A DNA stretch of 32,000 nucleotides from Candidatus Methanoperedens sp. (GTDB taxonomy: Archaea; Halobacteriota; Methanosarcinia; Methanosarcinales; Methanoperedenaceae). Below the pieces are notes generated by a model. The model was not told the DNA's origin and did not search any database. It saw only the letters and a program-made list of their open reading frames with translations. The stretch is from positions 1,945 to 33,944 of the forward strand of contig JAPZAR010000034.1 of assembly GCA_027460535.1 (NCBI GenBank). The letters run 5' to 3'. Position 1 is the stretch's first letter. Each line of letters begins with the position of its first letter. Of this stretch, positions 1 through 8,608 are shown piece by piece. Made by a program: the position numbers and the translations under genes.

Positions 1-728
1 ACATGGTATATTGCCACGGAACCGGAGGCTGCCATCGCAGCCCCAAGGGATTTAAGCTCATCTTTTGTTGGGTGGGATACGAGTTCGAAGAGCGGTACTT
101 TATCTGCGACCATCTCGCCGATGATATAGCCCAGGGCTCCGTAATCCGAATCATGAAGGCTTGCCTTCACCCTGATCAAAACATCTGGTTTTCTATTCTC
201 GTCCAGGTGAAAACCGTAATTCGGCGTCTTCCCTATCAACGCTGCAGAAAGCGCACTCGGTCCCCCTTCCCTGTTGGTGCGCGCCCCGATAACGGAATTG
301 GCGTATGAGATAGCCGAGGATTCACTCCATGCCACGTGGTCGCCAAATGATGCAAGGTTATCAAAGATTTGATATGGGGTGCAGGAGCATTCGGTTCTAA
401 CCCCGAGCGCCTCATAAGCCCTGATAATTTCCTCTTGCTTTTCTGCAAAGTCCTCGCTTATACCCATCTCTTTCCAGCATTCCAGATCCATCCCGGCAGG
501 ATTCAGGATCGAAGGCACGGCGACTTTTCCCTTCAAATCCGATATCCACTCAAGACCTGCGTCGCCTATGGTCTTGTACGAAACACCGGCGATCTGTGCG
601 CTTTTAATGGGGATAAGCCTGTCCGCGCCGTAAATATTGCCGAGTGCCGCGAGAATCTCAATGGCCTTCTGGTATGTGGGGCCGTGCTCTCCATCGAGAA
701 GCTTTTCTTCGTCAGTCGTGAGGTACAT
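1..728 (-). CDS. Aconitase-X (DUF521) large/catalytic subunit, probable phosphomevalonate dehydratase; only the 5' part is in the window, which it leaves at the left edge
   Basis: Absent from the ORF track because there is no stop in the window. A minus-strand ATG at 728 has GGAGGT ending 4 nt upstream. My hand translation, MYLTTDEEKLLDGEHGPTYQKAIEILAALGNIYGADRLIPIKSAQIAGVSYKTIGDAGLEWISDL...SAISYANSVIGARTNREGGPSALSAALIGKTPNYGFHL, stays open to position 1. It matches the AcnX/DUF521 N-terminus as I remember it. The plus-strand ORFs 3..308 and 369..800 are antisense shadows. Confidence 0.8.
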   Translation of the reverse strand, partial: MYLTTDEEKLLDGEHGPTYQKAIEILAALGNIYGADRLIPIKSAQIAGVSYKTIGDAGLEWISDLKGKVAVPSILNPAGMDLECWKEMGISEDFAEKQEEIIRAYEALGVRTECSCTPYQIFDNLASFGDHVAWSESSAISYANSVIGARTNREGGPSALSAALIGKTPNYGFHLDENRKPDVLIRVKASLHDSDYGALGYIIGEMVADKVPLFELVSHPTKDELKSLGAAMAASGSVAIYH

Positions 729-828
729 CTAAACCTCCAGCCTATATTTTGGGTAATTCGGATCGAATATAATTGGTTTTTTCGTACGTTCTCCCATTAA
801 GAGATTGATTATGAACATTTTCAACATT

Positions 829-1179
829 TCATCTGCCGATTTTCATTTCAAAAAGAAGTGCCTGAGTATTATTTTTCAAATCTGGAAGCTTGTTTGTTGT
901 TACATCCCATACGATCTCAAAATTTATTCCAAAATATTCATGCGTTAGAATATCTCTTAATCCAGCTATCTTTTTCCATTCGATGTCCTGTTTTTTATGC
1001 TTAATCTCATCAGGAATATTCTTGACAGCCTCACCAATTACTTCCAGATTTTTCAAAACGCCATCCTGTATTAATTCATCTTTAAGGAAGTCCTCATAAG
1101 ACATATTCTGGGTATATTTTTCAATTTTACGGATCGCCTCAAGAATATCTTTAAGATATGCCTCATACGTGCGCTGCAT
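829..1179 (-). CDS. hepT: HepT (DUF86/HEPN) toxin of a HepT/MNT toxin-antitoxin pair
   Basis: 116 aa. LRDILTHEY carries the Rx4HxY HEPN RNase motif. It overlaps the upstream MNT gene by 17 nt on the same strand. Confidence 0.85.
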   Translation of the reverse strand: MQRTYEAYLKDILEAIRKIEKYTQNMSYEDFLKDELIQDGVLKNLEVIGEAVKNIPDEIKHKKQDIEWKKIAGLRDILTHEYFGINFEIVWDVTTNKLPDLKNNTQALLFEMKIGR

Positions 1180-1483
1180 ATTTCACGCTCCCGAGAATAT
1201 ATGGCTTTAAATCCGGTTTGATTGCATCATGCATCACGAGATCAACCTTGCATTTGAACAGGTCTTCTAAGAAGAATTTTAAGTCCATGTAATTGTCAAA
1301 TGTTGTTTTGCCTATTTCAAATTCTACAAGGATGTCTATATCACTTGTGGGTTTTTGTTCGTTTTTGATGTATGAACCGAATAATCCGATTCTTTTTACG
1401 CCGTATTTTTTAATTTTGGCTTTATTTTCTTCGAGTTTTGATAAGATATTTTTATAAGTTAACATTTTAATTTCCATTTCCAT
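1163..1483 (-). CDS. mntA: MNT-type nucleotidyltransferase antitoxin
   Basis: GLFGSYIKNEQKPTSDIDILVEF carries the GSX10DXD minimal nucleotidyltransferase motif. It sits upstream of and overlaps hepT. The start could instead be the internal ATG at 1465 (MLTYKN). Confidence 0.85.
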   Translation of the reverse strand: MEMEIKMLTYKNILSKLEENKAKIKKYGVKRIGLFGSYIKNEQKPTSDIDILVEFEIGKTTFDNYMDLKFFLEDLFKCKVDLVMHDAIKPDLKPYILGSVKYAAHV

Positions 1484-1583
1484 AGGAAAATCATTCTATT
1501 GTGTCTGATCCATCCTGTTTTCGCGAAGATAATTGTTATGTGCTTTGCAATTTTTCACCAGAGGACATCATCTGCGTTAGTGT

Positions 1584-2381
1584 TTACTTCCCAAATTGGT
1601 TTACATATTCCTTCTTGTCCTGTTTTCCAATCCATATAACTTCTAAACGCTGGTATAATAAGCTTCCATATATCCCACAGATTTTTATAGATTGATTATT
1701 ATTTGTCAAAGTTGATTCCAAGTAAGTAAAAATTCTATCGACGAATAAACCAGTTTCTTTCAAATGGTTACCGTGGAATTTTACCACATCATCTATTAGA
1801 ATGGCATTGCCGTTTGATTTTGTTGTGTATCCAGATTTATCACTAAAGTAACAAATGGTATCGCCAGGCACTCTTAATCCAGATGAAAAATGACACGATT
1901 CGGTTCTTATGTCATTCAAAGATTTATAGGTGGTATAACTCATTATAATTCTGGTTAATGGTCCTGGGAGAGCATAAGTTTCAACTCTTGCGATTAATTT
2001 AGACATTGTTTCAGGCAAATTTTTCTTTGGGAAGATGTTCATGAGGATTTTTGCGATATGATCATTAATACTATAAAATTCATTCAGAATTGCTTCAAAA
2101 ATAGCTGTCATCAATTTCGAATGTACTGGATTAACAAATCCTTCCCTTTCTAAGATTTCCTTTTCTTCAAGCTGAATTTTTCCAATCTCGTTAAAGTGCT
2201 TCCACAAAAGATCTATCTTTTCAAAGCGTGATTCGATTGAATGCAGTAATGAAAATGTCTGATAACTAATTGAATATTCATCATTATTAAAAACACGAAA
2301 TCGTGTTAACGAAGACCAGTTTGAAGGAGAATAATATAACAAAAATTTTCCTTTTGGTTTGTTTTCTTTTTCATTTGGCAT
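1584..2381 (-). CDS. Orphan hypothetical protein (265 aa), AT-rich, possible HEPN-like Rx4H motif
   Basis: Clean 265-codon ORF starting at ATG 2381. It is visibly AT-richer than the flanking ubiD. I recognise no family. It has helical segments plus LNDIRTESCHF (Rx4H). It lies between ubiD and the HepT/MNT pair on the same strand. Confidence 0.6.
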   Translation of the reverse strand: MPNEKENKPKGKFLLYYSPSNWSSLTRFRVFNNDEYSISYQTFSLLHSIESRFEKIDLLWKHFNEIGKIQLEEKEILEREGFVNPVHSKLMTAIFEAILNEFYSINDHIAKILMNIFPKKNLPETMSKLIARVETYALPGPLTRIIMSYTTYKSLNDIRTESCHFSSGLRVPGDTICYFSDKSGYTTKSNGNAILIDDVVKFHGNHLKETGLFVDRIFTYLESTLTNNNQSIKICGIYGSLLYQRLEVIWIGKQDKKEYVNQFGK

Positions 2382-2443
2382 TTTTTCACATCATGAACTT
2401 TATCTTTCTCTTTTCTTTTCAGTTTGGTCTTTTTAGACAGTGT

Positions 2444-3709
2444 TCATATGCTTTTTATCTCCGGCCTCTTCGCCCTCTCGAACTTCCACTTCTTGCTCAG
2501 ATCCATCGTGGCATCTATACCTACCTTTGTCCCGATGCCGTTTTCTGAACGTGGATCAAGCGTGCTTCCCCTCACTTCGGGGTAAATGTATATGTCCTCA
2601 TCGCCCTTAACGCGGGTCGCGATCGCGAACTCGATATCATTAGGGTCGAAAATATCAATGTCATCATCCACCACAACAACGTGTTTTAAGCTCTTGTGAA
2701 CCGCGAACGCGGCATCAATGGCTTTCTTTGCCTCTTCGTCATTGTTCTTATGGATCTGCACGGCTGCATGGAAATAGCAGCATCCTCCCGGGGTGAGGAC
2801 CACGTTCCTGACATCAGACACTTTTTTTATTTCTGAGTATATCAAAGGCTCATAAGGAACCCCCATGAGAATATGATGCTCGCCTCCTGCAGGCAGGAGA
2901 GCATGATAAATGGGATCATGTCTGCACATCATTTTTGTGAGATAGATGACGGGCTGTTTCCTGATGATATCAAAGGTACCGCTGATATCTACAAACGGTC
3001 CTTCATCCGCAAGTTCAGTAGGATGTATATATCCTTCGAGCACGATCTCGGCGTGAGGCACTTTGATGCCGTTCTCGCACTTAAATAACTCGATAGGTCT
3101 GCCCGAGAGGGCTGAGGCGTAATTGAATTCCTTTCCCTCCGGCACGCGCGTTGAGACCGCGAACAAAGTCACTGGATCGATGCCTATGACGATGGCGACT
3201 GGAAGCGCTTCGCCCTTCTCAGATGCTTTCCTGTAAAGGTTGTAGGTATGGCGAAATTCAACAAGGCGCGCGGCGAGTTTGTCCTTACCTATAACCCTTA
3301 ACCTGTGGATGGAGGCATTCATCACTCCATCGTATTCGGAAACAATGACACCGGAGGTGATGTAAGGGGCCCCGTCACCTTCAAAATGGGTAAGTATGGG
3401 AAGCTTCGAGAGGTCGGGTTCTTCTACAACCTCTCTTGCAGGCGAATCATGAACAATCTTTATTTTTCCATCCATATCGCGTGAAGAAAGGTATCTTATT
3501 ATATTCTCGGGGGAAACACCCAGTGCGTTCGCAAGCAATTCCCTTGAACCGAGAAGATTCATTATGACCTTTGAGCCATTGACATTGGTAAACAGGGTCG
3601 GCTCCTTCCCGACTGAGGCCGAAACCTCAAAGTGCGGGGAGAGGGGTTTACTGACCTCCGTAATTTTCTCTTCCGATCTCAGCTGCTCTATGAATCCCCT
3701 GAAACTCAT
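2444..3709 (-). CDS. ubiD: UbiD-family prenyl-FMN-dependent decarboxylase, probably trans-anhydromevalonate-5-phosphate decarboxylase
   Basis: 421 aa, the short archaeal UbiD size. Family-typical segments are APYITSGVIV, CCYFHAAVQIHK, VVVVDDDIDIFDPNDIEFAIATRV and GTKVGIDAT. Its ATG overlaps the ubiX stop (ATGA at 3706-3709). Confidence 0.9.
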   Translation of the reverse strand: MSFRGFIEQLRSEEKITEVSKPLSPHFEVSASVGKEPTLFTNVNGSKVIMNLLGSRELLANALGVSPENIIRYLSSRDMDGKIKIVHDSPAREVVEEPDLSKLPILTHFEGDGAPYITSGVIVSEYDGVMNASIHRLRVIGKDKLAARLVEFRHTYNLYRKASEKGEALPVAIVIGIDPVTLFAVSTRVPEGKEFNYASALSGRPIELFKCENGIKVPHAEIVLEGYIHPTELADEGPFVDISGTFDIIRKQPVIYLTKMMCRHDPIYHALLPAGGEHHILMGVPYEPLIYSEIKKVSDVRNVVLTPGGCCYFHAAVQIHKNNDEEAKKAIDAAFAVHKSLKHVVVVDDDIDIFDPNDIEFAIATRVKGDEDIYIYPEVRGSTLDPRSENGIGTKVGIDATMDLSKKWKFERAKRPEIKSI

Positions 3710-4269
3710 TCACGCCACCGTCTGTACAGGTTATGCTCGATTGCCAGGAGATCCAGGGCACGACCCGCCATGAAATCAATGATATCATCAATAGACTTAG
3801 GTTTTGGATAAAATGCCGGACAAGCTGCAAGGATTGATGCCCCCGCTTTTGCCGCCCTTCCCATGTTCTCGATATGGATCAAATTGAGGGGTGTTTCCCT
3901 TACCATCAGTACAAGAGGATGTTTTTCTTTCAGGCACACATCGGCTGCCCTTGATATCAGCGTATCAGACATCCCGATCGCTATCGAAGCCAGAGTCTTC
4001 GTGCTGCACGGCGCCACTATCATGCCTCTTGACCTGTGAGAGCCGCTCGCTATGGGGGCAGTAAAATCATCATCGTCGTAAACATTATTGCTCAATTTCT
4101 CTACCTCTTGCATTGAAAAATCAGTTTCGATCTGAATGAGTTTTTTTGCAGATTCTGAGATGACCAGATGCGTCTCAAATTCTTTCATGTCTTTTAGAAC
4201 TTCAAGAAGTCTTATGCCATACTGTACTCCCGAGGCACCGCTAATGCCTATAATTATCTCATTATTCAT
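3706..4269 (-). CDS. ubiX: UbiX flavin prenyltransferase (prenyl-FMN synthase)
   Basis: 187 aa. IIGISGASGVQYGIRLLEVL and APCSTKTLASIAIGMSDTLISRAADVCLKEKHPLVLMVRETPL are classic UbiX/Pad1 segments. It is translationally coupled to ubiD. Confidence 0.9.
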   Translation of the reverse strand: MNNEIIIGISGASGVQYGIRLLEVLKDMKEFETHLVISESAKKLIQIETDFSMQEVEKLSNNVYDDDDFTAPIASGSHRSRGMIVAPCSTKTLASIAIGMSDTLISRAADVCLKEKHPLVLMVRETPLNLIHIENMGRAAKAGASILAACPAFYPKPKSIDDIIDFMAGRALDLLAIEHNLYRRWRE

Positions 4270-4351
4270 GCAGTATAGTTGGTTTATTTGTTTGAATAGT
4301 TTTTGTCAAGCGATTGAATAGAATTAAATAATACCATTTCAATTACTTGGC

Positions 4352-4552
4352 ATGTATCAGGTATTATATGATATTGCCCTGCGTTTTGGTATTGGTCTCA
4401 TCCTGGGCGTTTCACTCCTGATATTAATTACTATAGTTGAGACGGCCTTCTATAATCAAAGTAAACAGATACATTTGGCCGTTATCATTATACTTCTAGC
4501 GCTTATCATTTACGCCCTCGGGGATATCGCCATTGACATCTTACACATTTGA
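4352..4552 (+). CDS. Possible small two-TM membrane protein
   Basis: 66 aa with two long hydrophobic stretches (GIGLILGVSLLILITIV, LAVIIILLALIIYALG). Divergent from ubiX. There is no homology evidence. Confidence 0.35.
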   Translation: MYQVLYDIALRFGIGLILGVSLLILITIVETAFYNQSKQIHLAVIIILLALIIYALGDIAIDILHI

Positions 4553-4744
4553 TTTTTTCCTTCGGAATCTCCCGAAAATTTTTTTTAATCGGCTTTTCTT
4601 GGCACTTCTGACTTTGATCCTTAGATTTCCCCGTTTTGAGTTTATAACCATCTTGAACATTGTATCATCAGGACAAGAATCAAGAAAACTCTTGATTTCC
4701 CCGGCTGCGGTTTCCTTATTAATTCCTGTAAACTCTATGCTCAT
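4541..4744 (-). CDS. Possible small basic protein
   Basis: 67 aa with a lysine/arginine-rich C-terminus. It competes with the overlapping plus-strand ORF 4533..4769, and neither is verifiable here. Confidence 0.3.
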   Translation of the reverse strand: MSIEFTGINKETAAGEIKSFLDSCPDDTMFKMVINSKRGNLRIKVRSAKKSRLKKIFGRFRRKKSNV

Positions 4745-4823
4745 ACCCCTTCAACTACCATTGGAATAAATATATATCCTTCTATTCCATACTAGAGCAC
4801 GAATATCAAGGACAGCAGACTGT

Positions 4824-6143
4824 ATGGTACTGGATAAACTGGGCGATTCCCTTCAGGGCGCATTGAAAAAACTTGTCGGAGCGGGCAGGATTGATGAGAA
4901 GATAGTGGACGAGGCGGTCAAGGATATCCAGCGCGCGTTGCTCCAGGCCGATGTGAATGTCAGGCTCGTGATGACATTATCCCAGAAGATAAAGCAGCGA
5001 TCTCTGAAAGAAGAGCCACCAAGCGGAATGAACCCCAGGGAGCATGTCATTCGTATCGTTTATCAGGAATTGATCAACATCCTCGGCAAAACATCAAATG
5101 TAAAGCTTGCCCCGCAGACTATAATGATGGTGGGCCTGCAGGGAAGCGGAAAAACAACAACCACAGCGAAACTCGCCAGGTATTTTCAGAGGAAAGGATT
5201 AAGGACGGCTGTGGTCTGTGCTGATACGTTCAGACCGGGAGCATACGACCAGCTAAAAACATTGTGCGACCGTATGGGAATCTTTTTTTACGGAGAAAAG
5301 GATGTCAAGGATGCTATAGCTATAACGCAGCGAGGGTTGAAGGCTATTGAGAAATTTGATGTCAAAATAATAGATACGGCAGGAAGGCACGCCCTTGAGA
5401 AAGATTTGATAAAAGAAATGGAGGAGATCCACAATATTGCAAAGCCAGACCATAAGCTCCTGGTTATCGATGCTGCCATGGGGCAGCTTGCAAGCGACCA
5501 GGCGGCAGCATTTAACAAGTCTATCGGAATAACAGGCGTGGTCATAACAAAACTCGACGGCACAGCTAAAGGAGGCGGTGCAATGTCCGCGGTCTCGGAG
5601 ACCGATTCCGCAATTGCTTTTATCGGGATAGGTGAGACATCGGAAGACCTCGAAAAGTTCGAAGCGGACAGGTTCATTTCACGGCTTCTTGGAATGGGTG
5701 ATATCAAATCACTTATCGAGAGAGCAGAAGAGACCCTGAAAAGTGAGGACTTGGATGTGGAAAAGATGCTCAAGGGGAGATTTACCCTGATGGATATGTA
5801 TAAACAAATGGAAGCAGTGAACAAGATGGGTCCTTTAAAACAGGTAATGCAAATGCTTCCAATGGGCAAGCTAGGGGTAAATGTGACCGAAGACATGTAT
5901 AATGTGACTCAAGAAAAAATGAAAAGATACAAGTATATAATGGACTCAATGACCGATAAGGAACTTGAGGAACCAAAACATATTAACAGTTCCCGGATCA
6001 TACGGATAGCCCGCGGTTCGGGTACGAAATACGAGGAGGTACGAGAACTTCTGAAATATCATAAAACAATGCAAAAAGCCTTAAGAGGCATGATGGGCAA
6101 CAAATTTAATTTACAAAAAATGATGAAAAAATTTGGAATGTAG
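4824..6143 (+). CDS. srp54: Signal recognition particle protein SRP54
   Basis: 439 aa. It has the GTPase motifs [15 protein letters not shown] and TKLDG, followed by a methionine-rich M domain ([25 protein letters not shown]). Confidence 0.95.
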   Translation: MVLDKLGDSLQGALKKLVGAGRIDEKIVDEAVKDIQRALLQADVNVRLVMTLSQKIKQRSLKEEPPSGMNPREHVIRIVYQELINILGKTSNVKLAPQTIMMVGLQGSGKTTTTAKLARYFQRKGLRTAVVCADTFRPGAYDQLKTLCDRMGIFFYGEKDVKDAIAITQRGLKAIEKFDVKIIDTAGRHALEKDLIKEMEEIHNIAKPDHKLLVIDAAMGQLASDQAAAFNKSIGITGVVITKLDGTAKGGGAMSAVSETDSAIAFIGIGETSEDLEKFEADRFISRLLGMGDIKSLIERAEETLKSEDLDVEKMLKGRFTLMDMYKQMEAVNKMGPLKQVMQMLPMGKLGVNVTEDMYNVTQEKMKRYKYIMDSMTDKELEEPKHINSSRIIRIARGSGTKYEEVRELLKYHKTMQKALRGMMGNKFNLQKMMKKFGM

Positions 6144-6222
6144 TCATGAAGACTTGAAAAAAACTATATAGCAAAACAACTATTAAAATACATAAGCCGT
6201 AATTTCGCGAAGGAGGCTTAAA

Positions 6223-7398
6223 ATGGTCACAGATTTAAAAGCATTTGCAAAAACAGCAAAACCATCTGTTGCTGTAGTCGGGCTTGGTGGTGCTGGTTGT
6301 AATATTACGACATGGATCGCAGAAAAAGGAATAACTGGCGGCAGGATTATTGCAGCCAATACGGATGTTAACCATCTTTATGTCCAGAAAGCAGACAAAT
6401 TGGTTCTTCTTGGAGAAAAACTGTGCAAAGGACATGGATGCGGGGGCTTTCCCGAAATGGGAGCCCAGGCGACGAGAGAAAATGTTAATGAATTAAAAGC
6501 TGAGCTAGAAGGTGCAAATCTTGTATTCCTTGTAGCAGGATTGGGCGGTGGTACAGGTACAGGCGCCATGCCGGTAGCTGCTGAAATCACACGCGAACTG
6601 GGGGCTCTGACAATAGGATGCGTGACAATTCCATTCACTATTGAGATGGCAAGAAGAGAGAAAGCAAGAGAAGCCATTGAACTTCTGGCCAAATCCTGCG
6701 ATTCGGTAGTTATAATAGATAACTCGAAATTAAGAGAAGTAGCAGGAAACCTCCCATTAAAAGAGGCACTCAATGTTGCGAACGCACTTGTGGGAGCTTT
6801 TGTAAAGAATCTTACGGACACAATCACACAGCCAAGCCTTGTTAACCTTGACTATGCAGATCTTCGTGCAGTAATGGAACGTGGCGGGGTATCATCTATA
6901 GGGATAGGCGAAGCAGACGGGCAGAACAGGGTTGAGAAAGCAGTTGCGCAGGCTATCAGCACACCGTTGCTTGATGTCCAGGATATATCCGAAAGCTATG
7001 GCGTGCTAGTGCACATCGTGGGCGGCGAAGACCTGACATTGGAAGAGGTCGCAGTCGCGGGCGAACTGATAATGGACAAAGTGCCCAATACCAAGAGGAT
7101 CATCTGGGGCGCGAAAGTGGACAACACGCTGACAGGTGCGGTCAGGGTAATGGCAGTGCTGACAGGCGTTGAGAGCCCGTTCGTATCGGGAAAAGTGAAG
7201 GAAGTTGTGGTGGAGGCGCCGCCGGAACCCGAGATAGTAAGGCCAAAGGTGGAGCCTCCAAGGCCGAAGCCGGTTGTTAAAGTGGAACCACCGAAAGCGG
7301 AGACAAAGAAGGAAGAGAAGGGCACCAATTATATCTGGATCGTAGTTATCCTGATAATAATATTGATCCTGCTCTGGTATTTCACGAGGACCGGTTGA
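6223..7398 (+). CDS. ftsZ: FtsZ-family tubulin-like GTPase paralogue with a C-terminal Pro/Lys linker and a transmembrane anchor
   Basis: AGGAGG lies 6 nt upstream of ATG 6223. It has GLGGAGCN, the tubulin signature GGGTGTGAMPVAAE and the T7-loop NLDYADLRAVM. The tail is PPEPEIVRPKVEPPRPKPVVKVEPPKAETKKEEKG followed by the hydrophobic helix NYIWIVVILIIILILLWYF. Confidence 0.9.
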   Translation: MVTDLKAFAKTAKPSVAVVGLGGAGCNITTWIAEKGITGGRIIAANTDVNHLYVQKADKLVLLGEKLCKGHGCGGFPEMGAQATRENVNELKAELEGANLVFLVAGLGGGTGTGAMPVAAEITRELGALTIGCVTIPFTIEMARREKAREAIELLAKSCDSVVIIDNSKLREVAGNLPLKEALNVANALVGAFVKNLTDTITQPSLVNLDYADLRAVMERGGVSSIGIGEADGQNRVEKAVAQAISTPLLDVQDISESYGVLVHIVGGEDLTLEEVAVAGELIMDKVPNTKRIIWGAKVDNTLTGAVRVMAVLTGVESPFVSGKVKEVVVEAPPEPEIVRPKVEPPRPKPVVKVEPPKAETKKEEKGTNYIWIVVILIIILILLWYFTRTG

Positions 7399-7428
7399 GG
7401 AACTGTCTTTCAAAATGGGCAAAAGATA

Positions 7429-7468
7429 GGTTATTCCGGTCAAAACCGGAAACCTTTTCTATCTTTTT
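7429..7468 (+). terminator. Hairpin plus T-tracts downstream of the ftsZ-like gene
   Basis: TTCCGGT (7434-7440) pairs with ACCGGAA (7445-7451) around a CAAA loop. TTTT and TTTTT runs follow (7455-7468). It starts about 30 nt after the stop codon. Confidence 0.4.
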
Positions 7469-7567
7469 CATAAAGGATTTTTTGGCTTAATTTTTCTTAG
7501 TTCATCTTAGTTATATTGTTCGCTTTCCTGCAAAACATTTATCAGGATTGCAAATAACAGGGAAATC

Positions 7568-8608
7568 ATGAAGCTATTTGTTCCCTCGCCCGGGCACATC
7601 AGCAGCCTAAAAGAGCTATTGAAAGAAAAAGACAAGATATATTCCATATTCATGGCGGGATCTTCTGATTACATAGGAACGGGACGAAGCAACCTTGCCT
7701 CGCCCCAGCTCGAGGATATCAGGGCTCAGACCGAATACGCACACAAACACGGGGTCAAAATGGAACTGGTATTGAACTCAAGCTGCATGGGCGGACGCCA
7801 GCTCACGCCTGAAGGTTTCAGGATAAATCACTGGTATGTTGAGAAATTGGTGGATATCGGGATTGACTCAATAGTTGTTGCTGATCCTTATCTCGTGGAG
7901 ACGATTTCAAGGGATTTCGATGTTGATGTGGTGGTCTCGGTACTTGCTTTCGTTGATTCACCGCAGAAAGCTGAATTTTATGAGGACCTTGGAGCAAAAT
8001 CGATAGTCATAGATTCAAATGTTAACAGGCATTTCGATGTGCTCCACGCCATCCGGGATTCTGTGGATTGCGAATTAAAACTTCTTGTGAATGAGGGATG
8101 CCTTTACCGCTGTCCCTTCAGATATGCCCACTTTAATTTCTTTTCGCATGCTTTCGGTCCAGAGCCGCGGCCAAATGTGCTGGATGATTACTATTACTAT
8201 AAATGCCTGGAATTGAGGATCACAAACCCTGAACTGATAATCAAATCCCCCTGGATCAGACCGGAAGATATCAAGCTTTACAGGGATATTACTGACGTTT
8301 ACAAGATAGGAGGGAGAACCCATTTTGTGGAGTGGATCCTGAACTGCGTGAATGCATATCATAGCGAAAGTTATGATGGGAACCTGATGGATTTGCTGGA
8401 CTGTCCCAAGGATTTAAAAGACCTGTTCTACATACCCAATAAAAGCCTTGATGGGGTCTTAGAGAAGCAGTGGAAAACCTGCAAAAAAGTATGCAATAAA
8501 TGCGGCTATTGCAAAGTTCTTACAAAGAAGGTCACACAGGTATATGATAAAGGTGGGACAGAGCTTGAAACCCTTACACCCTGGGAAACATTCGCGGTGA
8601 AAGCATGA
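7568..8608 (+). CDS. Peptidase-U32-family protein (likely a non-protease Fe-S enzyme type)
   Basis: 346 aa. The layout resembles U32 proteins: YAHKHGVKMELVLNSS..., GIDSIVVADPYLVETI, LGAKSIVIDSNVNRHFDVLHAI, ELKLLVNEGCLYRCP. It has a C-terminal Cys cluster, CKKVCNKCGYC. Confidence 0.7.
   Translation: MKLFVPSPGHISSLKELLKEKDKIYSIFMAGSSDYIGTGRSNLASPQLEDIRAQTEYAHKHGVKMELVLNSSCMGGRQLTPEGFRINHWYVEKLVDIGIDSIVVADPYLVETISRDFDVDVVVSVLAFVDSPQKAEFYEDLGAKSIVIDSNVNRHFDVLHAIRDSVDCELKLLVNEGCLYRCPFRYAHFNFFSHAFGPEPRPNVLDDYYYYKCLELRITNPELIIKSPWIRPEDIKLYRDITDVYKIGGRTHFVEWILNCVNAYHSESYDGNLMDLLDCPKDLKDLFYIPNKSLDGVLEKQWKTCKKVCNKCGYCKVLTKKVTQVYDKGGTELETLTPWETFAVKA

Noticed and set aside
3-800. Track ORFs 3..308 (+), 369..800 (+) and 236..448 (-)
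   Set aside because: All three are shadows of the unlisted minus-strand AcnX/DUF521 gene (1..728). That gene has a strong SD and a recognisable conserved N-terminus. The plus-strand translations are low-complexity and unrecognisable.
4853-7443. Minus-strand ORFs inside srp54 and the ftsZ-like gene (5288..5896 at 202 aa, 6378..6827, 6996..7328, 7006..7443 and others)
   Set aside because: They are antisense shadows of clearly identified genes and have no motifs.
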